Assembly: GCA_951406725.2 (NCBI GenBank)
Contig: OX597815.1
Location: 118,544,001-118,608,000 of the forward strand
DNA: 64,000 bases
Direction of reading: 5' to 3'
Origin: Octopus vulgaris
Taxonomy: Eukaryota
This document shows, one piece after another, positions 39,410 to 52,492 of the stretch. Made by a program: the position numbers and the translations under genes. The number at the start of each line of letters is the position of its first letter. The first letter of the stretch is position 1. A model generated the notes under the pieces. That model saw only the letters and a program-made list of their open reading frames with translations, was not told the origin of the DNA and did not search any database.

Positions 39410-40010
39410 ACTACAAAGAGCAGCACTGTGTGTATTAGGCTGTGCAGCTTTTTCATTTGCCTTGTAATTTTTATTGTATTTGAAATGCTATATTCTATGT
39501 TATACAAATTGTCAGGGTTGAAGTTTTGGTTATGTATTTGTCTGATGTATTTTGATCTTCCCAAAGCGCCAGTCATTATTACTATTGGGACTGTTTTCTG
39601 TTTTCAGAACCCACATTCAGGTTGTTTCTGTTTCTAAATATTTATAATTGGATAATTTTCCCCATTTCTTTTAAGAATACATTATTATTTGTTGGGATTA
39701 ATATGTCGATAAGGAAACATTTCTTTTCGTAATGGCCCTTGACAACGATGCCAGGTCGATTATCATTGTTCTCCTTGCTTGTATGTATTAATATATTCCG
39801 GAGTATGCTTACTTTGTCGTTCTCAGAAGTATTTTCTAGTGAATGCCGATACTTTCTCCTTTTCGTTAGTATTTCATTGCGTTAGCATAACTTTCAGCGT
39901 ATGCAAGTCACAACTCTGTCATACACTTGGAAGTATCCTTTTTTTGACAAAGACTTAGCAATCAGCAACAATGTGGTTGATTGCTTTTTGTCCATCTCTA
40001 CGCAGACACA
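39410..40010 (-). pseudogene. Older R4/Dong-like endonuclease remnant
   Basis: Minus-strand fragments DNRPGIVV and KTVPIVIMTGALG next to (TTA)n/(CAT)n; a further 3'-end piece lies at about 38735-39190. Confidence 0.6.
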
Positions 40011-40573
40011 AGTCCACAAAGTTTGCGGGAGGGGATTAGCCGATTAAATTGACTTCAGATTATGACTATTACTTTTTTCAACAAGCCCAGGAGTTTGAAA
40101 AGCAAAGTTGACCTCGGCAAGATTTTGATATCCAGCCACAACACGATCTAGTTTTTTTTACACGATGTGGATATCACCCCGTCATAGTCCAAACCATTCT
40201 CAGCGGTACCCGTGAAGTCGACTATACATCCACCCACTTACCCCCTGTCTACCTCACCAACAACTGTCTCCTATTTCTTTTCACTTAACATTCTTTCATA
40301 TTACTCCACTAGTGCAGTATTCTACTCGCTTTTCTCCAGTCCAACAGTAATGCTTCTTACAAACCTCCAGCCCGTCAATTTCCTCTTTGAAGCGCAGTCG
40401 CAACCTCTTCTATGTTTCCGAACTTGCTGCCACATCTAGCCGTTTCTCGTCACCACAAACGCCACTCTCACCTGACCCAACAGTTAATTTCTTTCCCTAA
40501 CCAATTCTTTTAGCAGCACCTCTTAAAATCTCCTTTACTTATCTGCTGCTAAAAATACTCTCATTGCAACTCC

Positions 40574-40805
40574 ATCGGACAAACTGGCCGGCGTCTGGCC
40601 GACCAATTTACGAAGCACTTCCGAGACATTCAGCACAGGAACAAGTCTCCCGTCTCGCACCATTTCCGTTCTGCAGATTACTCCACCCTGCATCTCTCAG
40701 TATGCTACCTTGCTCTGTACAGCACCTCACGCAACTCTCGTTCTCGTAGAGAACAAGAAATGATCTTTTCTCTATAAACTTTCACCGCTCACGGCCTCAT
40801 TTCCA
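40574..40805 (+). pseudogene. Penelope-like GIY-YIG endonuclease remnant
   Basis: Manual translation IGQTGRRLADQFTKHFRDIQHRNKSPVSHHF..REQEMIFSL*TFTAHGL. Confidence 0.8.
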
Positions 40806-41081
40806 CACCTCTCCTTTTTAATACCTCACACTAATGTCATCTAACACCCACATATACAATGATATGCATACATATGCGTTCATATACATGCACGCGCGCA
40901 CGACGTTCACACAGACCACAAACACATAAAACAAACATGCAAAGCAAACACACAACTCAAAAATACGCACATACACACAGCAAGGATACATTACTACAAA
41001 AACATGTACGAAATACTAGTGAGCACACACATGCAGACACACACACAGACGCACACACACAGACACACACACACAGACACA

Positions 41082-41150
<69 letters not shown>

Positions 41151-41872
41151 TTTCGAAAACATTCAAACGATACTATAAACGCAAACATAATTCCATTCCT
41201 AACCATGTGCATATGCTCACACACTATTTACAAAATATACACAAATGCATGCAGATGTAACACGCGCAACGCATACATACAATAAAGCACTAACAGACAC
41301 ACAAACGCTTACAAAAAGCTAGACAGTCGCTGCCAAAATACGAGCAATTTGTTCTGTTGTATATATATTAAATGACAACAAAAACAACCCATTCCAAATC
41401 AAGCAATAAATACACACACAAAAACAAACGTATCATGCGTTAATTTTCGTGTATACATATACTATATGTATACACCGTTCACACTCATACACACTAGAAG
41501 CAAACACAAAAACAGCGACACACACACATACATACACACACACACACACACATACACACACACACACATGACTTCACAAGACAGTGACATACACACGCAG
41601 AACAACACACAAACTTACACACAAAAAATACAAGCGCATACGCGTACTCCTCAAATATATACACATTCGCTGTGAATTTATACACAAACATACACCAGAA
41701 GTGGACGTGTGGTAAGTAGCTTGCTTACCAACCACATGGTTCCGGGTTCAGTTCCACTGCGTGGCACTTTGGACAAGTGTCTTCTACTATAGCTTCGGGC
41801 CGACCAAAGCCTTGTGAGTGGATTAGGTAGGCGGAAACTGAAAGAAGCCCGTCGTGTATATATATATATATA

Positions 41873-41956
<84 letters not shown>

Positions 41957-41957
<1 letters not shown>

Positions 41958-42431
41958 TCTTGGTATAAAAGATGGGCTACAGCAAATATCCTGCTCAATA
42001 CCACAGATTTGCTTGTCAGTTGTTTGACCTTAACAAGTTGAGCATGTACCTTAGTGGCTGACGATATGTGCATCTCTGATCACGAGCAGAAGTAGTGGGG
42101 GAGCATCATAGCCATGTGTTGAGAGGGATTCTTTGGGGTTTGAATAATTCACCTCTGGAAACACGGGTGGTTCTTTCAACATCCTTAAACAACCCTTATT
42201 CAGGGACCTTTTGAGCGGGATGGGCTACTCAACCTGAAGAAAATTCTAACTGGGCCCCACCTGCAAGGTCATGTGGTGTTTATCTTGATATGAGATCACC
42301 ATGTCGCGCACATATGGTTGTGATGCATGTGCCTGGTGTACCTTTATCAGACGGTTAGTCATGATGGGTATATTGGGCTTCGTATATTTTACCCCAGTGT
42401 CACTTTGATGGCATGCACTGCTCTCTCACTC
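41957..42431 (+). mobile_element. Non-coding retroposon family D, 5'-truncated, within (AAT)n
   Basis: Long (AAT)n on both sides; ends gcatgcactgctctctcactc(aat)n. Confidence 0.8.
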
Positions 42432-42502
<71 letters not shown>

Positions 42503-42598
42503 GGGTGAAAAATTGAATATTAATTTGATTAATATCAATTTAAAAACCAGTGGTCCAGCATATTTAAAAATCTGAAGTTTCAGAAAAAATTATATTAC

Positions 42599-43036
42599 AT
42601 ATAAAATGGATGACATGTAAGTGGACATCCATTATGCTAGAAGAATATTCGCTATGGTCTTACCACTAAGAAAGGAATGTTCTCAAGAAAATTTAGCAAA
42701 TGCCAAAACGAAGGCTTTTGAAAAGTGACTCCAATTGTAATTGGCAGAACTGTATACATGTTCAATTTCATGAGGACGTCTCGTGTATAGTTTTACAAAT
42801 TATAGTTGCTAAGACGATCACACTGACGAATTTGCGGATGATTACGTAAATGATTACGTAAGCATTAACAACGAAACCTGATTTGTGATAAATTTATATT
42901 TTGTATCTTTTCATTTGTCTTGCTCGCTTACGTTCTGGCGTTTGTTAAATTTTCTTGAGAACATTCCTTTCTTAGTGTAAGACCATAGCGGATCTTCTTC
43001 TAGCATATTGGATATCCACTTACAGGTCATCCCTTT

Positions 43037-43041
<5 letters not shown>
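42599..43041. repeat. Fold-back, about 116-bp arms, 210-bp spacer containing a hammerhead motif
   Basis: ggatgacatgtaagtgga...aagaaaggaatgttctcaagaaaattt / aaattttcttgagaacattcctttctt...tccacttacaggtcatcc. Confidence 0.93.
42817..42889 (+). ncRNA. Type-I hammerhead motif with canonical core and long stem II
   Basis: atcaca CTGACGA [stem II] GAAA cctga TT tgtgat: perfect 6-bp stem I; stems II and III imperfect. Confidence 0.7.
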
Positions 43042-43068
<27 letters not shown>

Positions 43069-43197
43069 TGTATGTATGTATGTATGTATGTATGTATGTA
43101 TGTATGTATATACATATATATGTGTGTGTGTGTGTGTATGCATGTATGTATAATACATTTCTAAATCTCTCAGAGAGATTTATACAGTAGCAACACG

Positions 43198-43665
43198 ATA
43201 AAGTGATAGTATGTTGTCAACTTAAAGTGACAGTCCCAGGAAAGGAAGAATGCTACTGCTATTTAGCCCTAGGAAGCACCGTTTCTTGTTGGTCTTGACA
43301 CATTTCCTGTGTCCTTATGTTTTCAAAGGGGAGATAAGCACCTCCACCCAGCAAAGCCATCATCTACAGACTAGTTTCAGAGTTATTGCTCATCATCAGT
43401 CTGGAGTAGCATAGCTTACTAGCTGAATTATTTATTACGACCATAAAGATCAATACACAGATGGGACAGCACAGGACAATACATACAACATTTCTTGTAT
43501 GCTGGATTTGCAGGGTGGAGGTGCTTATCTCCCCTTTGAAAACATACGGACACAGGAAATGTGTCAAGGCCAATAGGAAACGGCGTTTCCTAGGACTAAA
43601 TAGCAGTAGCATTCTTTCCTTTCATGGGACTGTCACATTAAGTTGACAACACACTATCACTTTAT
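43198..43665. repeat. Fold-back, about 162-bp arms, 143-bp spacer containing a hammerhead core
   Basis: ataaagtgatagt...ggggagataagcacctccaccc / gggtggaggtgcttatctcccc...actatcactttat. Confidence 0.93.
43362..43406 (-). ncRNA. Minimal hammerhead core (canonical), weak stem I
   Basis: Minus strand: tccaga CTGATGA t gag-caataa-ctc t GAAA ctag TC tgtaga; palindromic ACTAGT stem III. Confidence 0.6.
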
Positions 43666-44829
43666 GTGTGTGTGTGTGTGCGTGTGTGTGTGTGTGTGTA
43701 TGTGTTTGTGTGTTTGTGTGTCTGTGTTTGTTCCCCCAACATCACTTGACAACCGATGCTGGTGTGTTTATGTCCCCGTAACTTAGCGGTTCGGCAAAAG
43801 AGACCGACAGAATAAGTACTAGGCTTGCAAAGAATAAGTCCTGGGGTCGATTTGTTCGACTAAAGGTGGTGCTCCAGCATGGCCGCAGTCAAATGACTGA
43901 AACGAATAAAAGAATAAAAGAAAATACTGTAAAATCCACACTCACATACACACACTTTAAAGGAAAAAATTACAACATACTACACAACATACAGACACAC
44001 ACAAAATCCAGTGAGAGCGCACACATATCCAACGTTCACGCACACATACACTTACTGTAGATATAATCAAATGTGAACATAAGCTCAATTTCACATCAAA
44101 AGAGAAAGTAAACAAGTTCGCGCGCACACACGTACACACTCGCAATAACATGTACAAACGCACGCACACACACATACACACACACACACACATACACATA
44201 CGCACGCACAAACATGCCCCCCCCCCCCCGCATAAACATGCATGCGCACACGCTTACAGTAAAGATGATAAGCAAATGTACATACGCTTAAATTCGCATA
44301 TACATGCTGCAAACATGTCAAATATCATTACATAGCCAAAATATACACAACACATACGCGCAGGCGCACTCATACAGCTCTGTACAGGACTAAAGCACAC
44401 ACATTTGCGCTACCACGTCATCAAAAATTACATAAACATGACAAAGTATAGGTAGATACACACACAAACACACATACACTCATCAAAACATACACACACC
44501 ATCACATATTATACATGCGCACATTAACTAAAAACACACAAACACCGCGCGGGAAAAGTCACGGCACGCACACACACACACACTTCGCAGTATATATCCC
44601 ACATGAAGTCTAACAAGCGCCCTCTCCATCTGTGTTTTCCAGCCTTCAGGTGCCTACTGAAATAAACCCGTTTACTCGGGCCATACTCACTACTTCCATT
44701 CATTTTTCCAAAAAATTATTGGATGTTAGCACATCCCTCGCCACCGTCATATTCTTCATGGGGAATTTCGGAAATTGACGAGGACTTCGCTGAAGATAAA
44801 AGTGTCTATCCTAATAATTCTTTCAAATA

Positions 44830-45378
44830 CCGGTGTAAGGCTTGCTATTTGTGGAGATGTGTTAATCAATTATACTGACTCCAGTATTTGACTGGTTCTT
44901 TATTTTATCGAACCCCGAAAAGATGAAAGGTAAAGTTGACCTCGAGGTAAAGAGCCGGAACAAATACAGGAAGGAATTTTGTCCGACGCTCTAAAGAGTC
45001 TACTAATCTCTCATCTTCAATGTCCAGCTGAATAGTAATCATTTTCTTTTCCTTTCTACTATGGCACAAGACCTGAAACTTCAGAAGAGAAGGCGAGTCA
45101 ATTACATCGAACCCAGTACGTGACTGGTACTTATTTCATCGACCCCGAAAGGATGAAAGACGGAATTTGAACTCAGAGTGCCAGGTCAGACAAAATTCCG
45201 CTAAGCATTTTGCCCTTTGTGCTAGGCGGAATTTGAACTCAGAGTGCCAGGTCAGACAAAATTCGCTAAGCATTTTGCCCTGTGTGCTAGGTGGAATTTG
45301 AACTCAGAGTGTCAGATCAGACAAAATTCCGCTAAGCATTTTGCCCTACGTGCCAATGATTTTGTCAGCTCACCGCCA
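44830..45378 (-). mobile_element. Two SINE family B copies, the second with an internal ~65-bp triplication
   Basis: ggaatttgaactcagagtg...gctaagcattttgccct occurs three times at about 45162-45350. Confidence 0.75.
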
Positions 45379-45803
45379 TCAGTTGAATAATAATCATTTC
45401 CTCCTTATTACAACAAATATAAAGGTTAAGATCGAATCCTGTGAATTTTTGGAAATAAGAGACAAAGTAATCATGCTATTTTTCTTTTTTGCTAGATAAG
45501 AGCATTAGTGATGTCCCGAAAGCATTTAAAACGGAGAATATAAACCTGTTTAACGATCTGGTCTTCATTGTTTGTCACATAATACTTCCTCTGAGAAACT
45601 TCACTCACACCTTCTTTTCAATATTCCTTCTTTGAACAATCCATTCAACAATTACTCGTTTACATTTTCTTTCTTGCTTCTTTTCTTACCTATCCTTTCC
45701 TTTTCCTTTTTCATCTGTCTTCCTTCTTCCCTCCAGTTTTTTCTCTTTCATTTATCAGTGCGTTAATATATATATTAGCTTACCTCTTTTTAATACATAT
45801 AAG

Positions 45804-46129
45804 CAGAGGTTCTCAAACTTTTGGGGCCACCGCTCCCCCTCATGGCTACATAATACCCTCAGCGCCCCCACCCCTATTTTCATGTGTAAATACATATTTT
45901 ATATTTTACTAATTTATATATACTATGAATCATTTGATATTTAATATATTATAATTTGTATACAATACAATAATAATATAAATTCATAGCGTCCCCCATT
46001 CCATTGCCTTCCTCCCAATGCCTCCTTTTTCTCTACCACCACCGCCCCCTTAAGACACTAGCGCCCACCTGGACCCTCTCGACGCCCACCGGTGGGCGGG
46101 GGCGGTAGCGCCCACTTTGAGAACTTATG
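45804..46129. mobile_element. hAT-like MITE
   Basis: TIRs cagaggttctcaaac / ctttgagaacttatg; 8-bp TSD catataag / catatgag. Confidence 0.8.
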
Positions 46130-47185
46130 CATATGAGCTAATGAATAAGACGTCTCGGAAGAGTCCAAAATTTGTATTTTGTCTGTTTCTATCGCTCCGT
46201 TGTATCTAGAGAAACACGACTCTTATTGGTTTAGTCCTATTAATAATAAATTCATATCCTATAGCGATACAGAGTATCAAGTACTTAATGAAAGCCTCTT
46301 GCGCTTGCAGCAATTATTTCGAATACCTCCATGGCTATTGCATGGAGAGTAAGTAGCGTTCCTTCAGACTGTCTTTCCTTAGATACGGGAGGAGATTCTA
46401 TGATTTAATAAGGTTTACTTAGACTTAACTTTCCGTGTATGTCTTCACGATACTGTTAAAGCTTAAAGAAGCATACTTATGGTACATGAATTGTAGGATG
46501 AATCATATTTCAGATCCATGCAACCGGCTTTATAGCTATGACCATTTCATATTTTTTTATCATACAGGGCAGCAGCATCTAACGTGTTTTTTCTTTTAAA
46601 AATTTGTAGGGAGTGATTTAAAGAAGGTTTTATGGTTATTTCTAGCATGTCGTGTGTCCACGTAGGTGATGTCAGTTTAGCTCATACTTGCATATCATAG
46701 ATATGTGCGAGTATGGGCGTATGTGCGTGTATACGTGTATACGTGTTCGTCTCTGTATGTTCAGTATCACAGTTTCTAGTTTTCAGTGTATAGTTATAGT
46801 TAATACCAAAATGGCGAACTGGCAGAATCTTTGGCTCGTCGGACAAAGAATGTCTTGGGGCGTTTTTTGTGGCTCTTAGCTTTCAGAGTTCAAATCCACT
46901 AAAAGTCAACTTTGCCTTTCATTCTTTGGGGGTTCGGTAAAATAATTACTGAAGTCTATGTAATTAATTTGCCATCAAGTTAAAATTGCTGGCCTTGTGC
47001 CAAAATTTTAAGGAAATTTTACATATTTATGTCTGCCTAATATTTATATGCCTACCTAAAGAGTAATAATTCTTGGAGGTGACTTAGAAGAGGGAGACTT
47101 TTACAAATAATATCTTCCATTCACATTAATGCTGTCCTTTCGTTTTTAATCATATTTTCACTATATATGTGTGTATATATATATA

Positions 47186-47227
<42 letters not shown>

Positions 47228-47229
47228 TG

Positions 47230-47420
47230 TGTGTGTGTACGTTTGTGTGTCTGTGTTTGTCCCCCCCCACATCGCTTGACAACCGATGCTGGTCTGTTTA
47301 CGTCCCCGTAACCTAGCGGTTCGGCAAAAGAGACGGATAGAATAAGTCCTGGGGTCGATTTGCTTGACTAATGGCGGTGCTCCAGTATGGTCACAGTCAA
47401 ATGACTTAAACAAGTAAAAC
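47230..47420 (+). mobile_element. SINE family A, 3' half
   Basis: catcgcttgacaaccgatgctgg...ggcggtgctccag. Confidence 0.8.
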
Positions 47421-47628
47421 AGTAATGACTCAAAATTATTTCCTACTCGTTCATAAGAGTATGTGTCAAAAAATCCATTATATATATATATATATAACCA
47501 TCTAACTGCTATCTCTGAAGAACGCAGGATTACTTAATCAGGTTGTTGTCTAACACCCCGTTGAACCCCGAGTGCGAAACCGATTCGTAAGATTGGCCGT
47601 AATGAATATATAATACTGTACACTCTGA

Positions 47629-47691
<63 letters not shown>

Positions 47692-48122
47692 TTCAACCTC
47701 GGTAGTAGTTAAATATATTCTTAAGTCCCCCATTTCGTCAACCGCAGCAGCTTCCAAGCTTTACCACTAGTTCAGTTCTCAACTAAATTGCAAACTGTTA
47801 ATAGTTTTAAAGAGGACTCCTCCTCAACTGCACTTTGGCATAAATAGTCTGATATTTGGTTCAGTAAGAAAAATGTTATATCAAAATATGTTAGACCTCA
47901 AGGTGGGCAGTAAGGCAGATATTGATCTTCAATTAACACAACTTTCTTTTTAAATTTTAAAATAAAGGTATACTTTTCTTAAGCTTAAATGATAGAAAAA
48001 TGCATAAGAAATTCAGAATCGTTTGTCGCATTGAACAAAACTTAGTAGAAAAAGAGTTATGCGGTAAAATGTTACGACATTTAATGTCAGTACGCGAGGA
48101 AGTAAGAAGTAACGCCCCATAC

Positions 48123-48208
<86 letters not shown>

Positions 48209-48571
48209 ATGTATGCATGCATGCATGTATGTATGTATGTATGTATGTATGTATGTATGAATGTATGTATGTATGTATGTATGTATGTATGTATGTATGT
48301 ATGTATGTATGTGTGTATGTATGTGTCGAAACCAAGGTGAGGACTAAAAGAACATCCTCTATAATGGATTTGTCTTCTAAACATGCTAATAAGGACTTCA
48401 CTTTATCTCAAGCTCTAGTTCAAAACATTATTATATGTTCCCACTTTACTTTTGACTTCCGGTTTCACTTTCATCATCAATATTCCTCTGGTGTTACAGA
48501 CAGAATCGTTCGAGCAGTGGCTTTCAACCACATTTTTGCCTATGGACCACTTTGATTCTCATCTTACTCTA

Positions 48572-49400
48572 CTGGTTCTCCTGCTTGTGTGGTATGGTGC
48601 AAAGTCCTGTTGTCAGACATAGGGTCTTCCAGCAACTACCCTCTTCACCCATGGCAGCACTACCTCTTCCAGGCACTGGATGTAGGCCTCCGTGTTGAGT
48701 CCGCGGCTGTGTGGGAAGATGAATAGAAGTATAACGTCACCGTCACTAGTGATCACTGCAAATACTATGATGTTGACTGGATGTTTGATTTTTATTACTC
48801 TTGGTACATGTTTTGGGAACACGGCAAACCAAGTTGTTCTGTGTGTTCGTCATCTGATCCTAGCAGAAATTTTTCTCGTCTGAGAAAAACCAAAACATGT
48901 TCAGTTGGCGGGGATGCTTGAGTTTGTTCAAAAGCTTCGTAGCGCGGTCTTTCCTCTTGTCCTTGATAGCTTGGGATAAGAATTGGCCCTTTCTTATCTA
49001 GTATGAGGAATACCGAATGTCTTCATGCACTGCCTGCCTGATAAAAAACTCAGACACTCCCATGTCCCTGGTGAAGGACCTGATTGACTTGGAGAGCCTG
49101 GATCTCACCAACAAATTCAGCAGTTATTTTCTAATCAGAACGATCAGAGTGAGTTTTCCGAGCTGCTGTACCTTCGTAATTATCATTAGATTCATCCAAC
49201 TCTCTCCGAATCCTCTGCACTGTCCTCAGATTGACACCCAAACACTCTGAAATGTTCGTATTGGAGCTTCCGGCGTGAATACCAAGCAGTACAGTATGTC
49301 GTTTCCGAATTTTTGGCAGAGTAAATTACGTCATGGTGCTGTTTTCTCACAGACGGTGCCCAACTGACCCTACTATACTGTGTAGTCGACAAAATCAAAA
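48572..49400 (-). pseudogene. Tc1/mariner-superfamily (maT/DD37D-like) transposase remnant
   Basis: FWFFSDEKNF; KHPVNIIVFAVITSDG..YIQCLEEVVLPWV..PYV*QQDFAPYHTS. Confidence 0.75.
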
Positions 49401-49954
49401 ACAGACAATGCGCGGAATTAAAAATGTACGTGGGTGAGTGTGTGTGCGTGTGTGTGTGTGTGTGTGTGCTTGTGTAAAGATCCGTGTCACTCTCTCTTTC
49501 TCTCTAATTCTCTTTCCCTTGTTGAACCTCTTGTAGCCATATTTAGTTTAGGTGTCTTCCTTCATTAAGTTGTTGACTTAACCATTGCTCATTCACATCA
49601 TGTCTATTTGAAGACGAACTGACACAACTGACTAATGCTTTTTTGAGTGGAAACAATAAGCTGTAAGACTGAGTTCGTATTTAAAGATACATACATACAT
49701 ACATGCACACACACATTCATACACACTCACACATATACACAGACACACATATACAGGGTTGGACAAAATAATGGAAACACTTTAGTATCATAGCATCATA
49801 ATTTTGTAATATCTATAAAACCTTCAAAAGCTTGTTTATTTTTATGTTTATTGATTTATTATTAGAGTTGTTCAATATGTTTTGCTAAAATTGCTGTTTC
49901 TTTTTTTTTTCTAGTTAATTCTAGTTAATTTTTGTTTATTTTCAGGTCATTAAA

Positions 49955-50981
49955 ATGGAATGTCAAGTTAAGAAAAACGAGCATTTTCGACACCTCCTTC
50001 GTTTTGCTTTTAATCAAGGTTCTAAGGCCACAAAAGCTGCTCGCGACATTAGTGCTGTGTATGGAGAGGGTGCCATAGCCGAAAGAACCGCTCGTGATTG
50101 GTATGCCAAGTTCAAAAATGAAAATTTTGACCTCAAAATTTTGGCCGTCCAGTTAAGTTCGATGAATAGCGATTAAACCAACTTTTGCACGAAAATTCTC
50201 GTCAAACGACAAGGGAACTGGCAGAGAAAATGGAATGCTCCCACACTGCTATAGAGAAGCATCTTCACTCAATCGGAAAGTTTCGGAAGTATGGAGCATG
50301 GGTTCCGCATGCTTTAAGTGACAACAACAAAAATCAACGAGCCACAACCTCCGCTGGTCTGTTTGCTCGTCACCGCTCAACTCATGAACACAAGCAACGA
50401 TTTCTTTACCGAATCGTTACTGGCGACGAAAAATGGTCCCTGTACATCAATATGAAGCAGCATAAGGAATGGCTTAGCCCCGGTAAACAAGTGGCACCGC
50501 GGGTGAAACAAGATCATCCGCGTAAAACCATGTTGTGCGTATGGTGAGACTGGGAAGGGATTATCCATTACGAATTGCTTGAACGGAACCAAACGGTCAA
50601 CGCGGAACGGTTCAACAGATGGAACGACTCAACACGGCTATTCAAGAGAAAAGACCAAATCGTCAGCATGGAGTTCTTCTGCTGCACGACAACGCCCGCC
50701 CTCATATTGCCAATATGACCAAGGAAGTCATTCAAGCACATGGCTGGGAAGTGCTGGCACACCCGCAGTACTTTCCTGATTTGGCACCAACGAATTTCAA
50801 ACTCTTTCGATCTCATGCTATGCGAGGAGTTTCGTTCAATTCTGATGCAGAATTAAGAGCTTGGTTGGATCAATTTTTCAAGTCGAAATCGGGTGATTTC
50901 TACCAACGAGGTATTTCTGGAAATCTTGTTGAACGTTGGGAAGAAGTTGGAAACAACAAGGGTGAATACATTATTGATTAA
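49955..50981 (+). pseudogene. Mariner transposase pseudogene
   Basis: HTH region, WVPHAL, IVTGDEKW, LLLHDNARPH and HPQYFPDLAPTN across three broken ORFs; mariner-type right TIR ends at 51057 followed by TA. Confidence 0.93.
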
Positions 50982-51139
50982 TTAATTGACATTTTTTATT
51001 AAACCTTTTAAAGAATTTTAATTTAAAAAAACGGTGGGAACTTAGTTGCCAACCTAATATATTCACATATATGTATGTATTAAAAGCTGAAGCAAGATTA
51101 TGGCGGATCTTCGTAAATCTTAACACATGTTCATTACTT

Positions 51140-51520
51140 ATCTTTTATTCTTTTACTTGTTTCAGCCATTAGACAACGGCCATGCTGGGGCACCACCTTG
51201 AAGTGGTTTAATAGAACAGATCAACCTTTGTACTATTTTTTTAAAGACTGCTACATATTCTGACGACTCCTTTTGCCGAACTGCTTGGTTACGCCAACAC
51301 CGGTTTTCAAGCGGTCGGAGAAACACACACGCGCGCGCGCACACACACACAACACACATACACAAAGACACACACAAACGGCTTCCATACAGTTTCCGTC
51401 AACCAAATTCACTCTCAAGATATTGGTTGCTCGGTGGCTGTAGTAGAAAACATTTGATTAAGGTGCCGCGCAGTGATACTGAACTCCAAAATACATGGTT
51501 GCAAAGTATTGCCTGCGCCA
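51140..51520 (-). mobile_element. SINE family A, older copy
   Basis: Diverged reverse complement of the consensus. Confidence 0.75.
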
Positions 51521-51949
51521 ATGGTATTATTTAACATTATTTGGGAAATAGCTTATAATTTAATAACTGTAGTCGAAAATCTTGAAGTTTCTCAAAATTG
51601 TAATTAATGTAATGTATAATGTCAATATTCGTGGGTTGGACTTAGTAAAATTAGGAGTATTTCATGCCTTTGTTGTTATGAAATATCAGTGTGTTTAGAA
51701 AGGTTATGAATGATTGTGAATTATAGTTGATATTTTAAAACTTGGAAATTGGTGCTTTATTTTTTTGTTTTTTTGGTGGCGGGGTTGTCGAATTTAAATG
51801 TAATAAAGAAACTGCTTCAATTGAAAATAAAATGTTACTGCCATTACGCATTTAAACTGCGTATGTGTGTGTGAGTGCGTGCGTGAGTTGGATTGGTGGT
51901 TGGATAGATACTCACATACATGGCCTGACTCTCCGTCGGTTATGACAAT

Positions 51950-52250
51950 GATTGTTCCAATGATTGTTTCAACGGAACAGCCAGCTCGTAAAATTAATGC
52001 GCAAGTGGCTGAGCACTCCACAGACACGCGTACCCTTAACGTAGTTCTCAGGGAGATTCAGCGTAACACAAAGTGTTGCGAGGCTGGTCCTCTGAACTAC
52101 AGGTAGATCTCATATCTGGCAGCTGAGTGAACTGGGGCAACAAAAAAATAAAATGTCTTGCTCAAGGAAAGAACGCGCTGCCGGGAATTGAACTCACGAC
52201 CTTTCGATCGCGAGTCGATTGCCCTTGTCATTAAGCCATGCGCCTTTACA
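51950..52250 (-). mobile_element. tRNA-derived SINE (family C head)
   Basis: Minus strand: ggcgcatggcttaatg...gtgagttcaattcccggc...cttgagcaagac. Confidence 0.7.
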
Positions 52251-52284
52251 CTTGCATACAATAACGCATATACATACATTGATC

Positions 52285-52492
52285 TCAAATTTAGAACAAG
52301 GGCAGCAATTTTGGGTGGAGGGGTAAGTCGATTACCTCGACTCCAGTGCTCAACTGTTACTTACTTTATTGATCCTAAAAGGATGAAAGGCAAAAATCGA
52401 CCTCTGCAAAATTTGAACTCAAAACATGCAGACTGACGAAATGCCGATGAGCATTTCGTCCGGCGCGGTAATGATTCTGCCAGCTCACCGCC
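52285..52492 (-). mobile_element. SINE family B
   Basis: Ends in ctgccagctcaccgcc (the head on the minus strand). Confidence 0.75.

Larger units (their letters stand above)
41693..43920 (+). mobile_element. SINE family A split by about 1.8 kb of nested inserts
   Basis: 5' half at 41693-41870 and 3' half at about 43666-43920. Confidence 0.65.

Noticed and set aside
42340-42431. HDV-like ribozyme on the minus strand of family D
   Set aside because: I could not build P2/P3 pairing, and the gactaa segment differs in the other copy.
45162-45350. Three regularly spaced repeats resembling a CRISPR array
   Set aside because: Whole units repeat without unique spacers; it is a tandem triplication inside a SINE, in a eukaryotic context with no cas genes.
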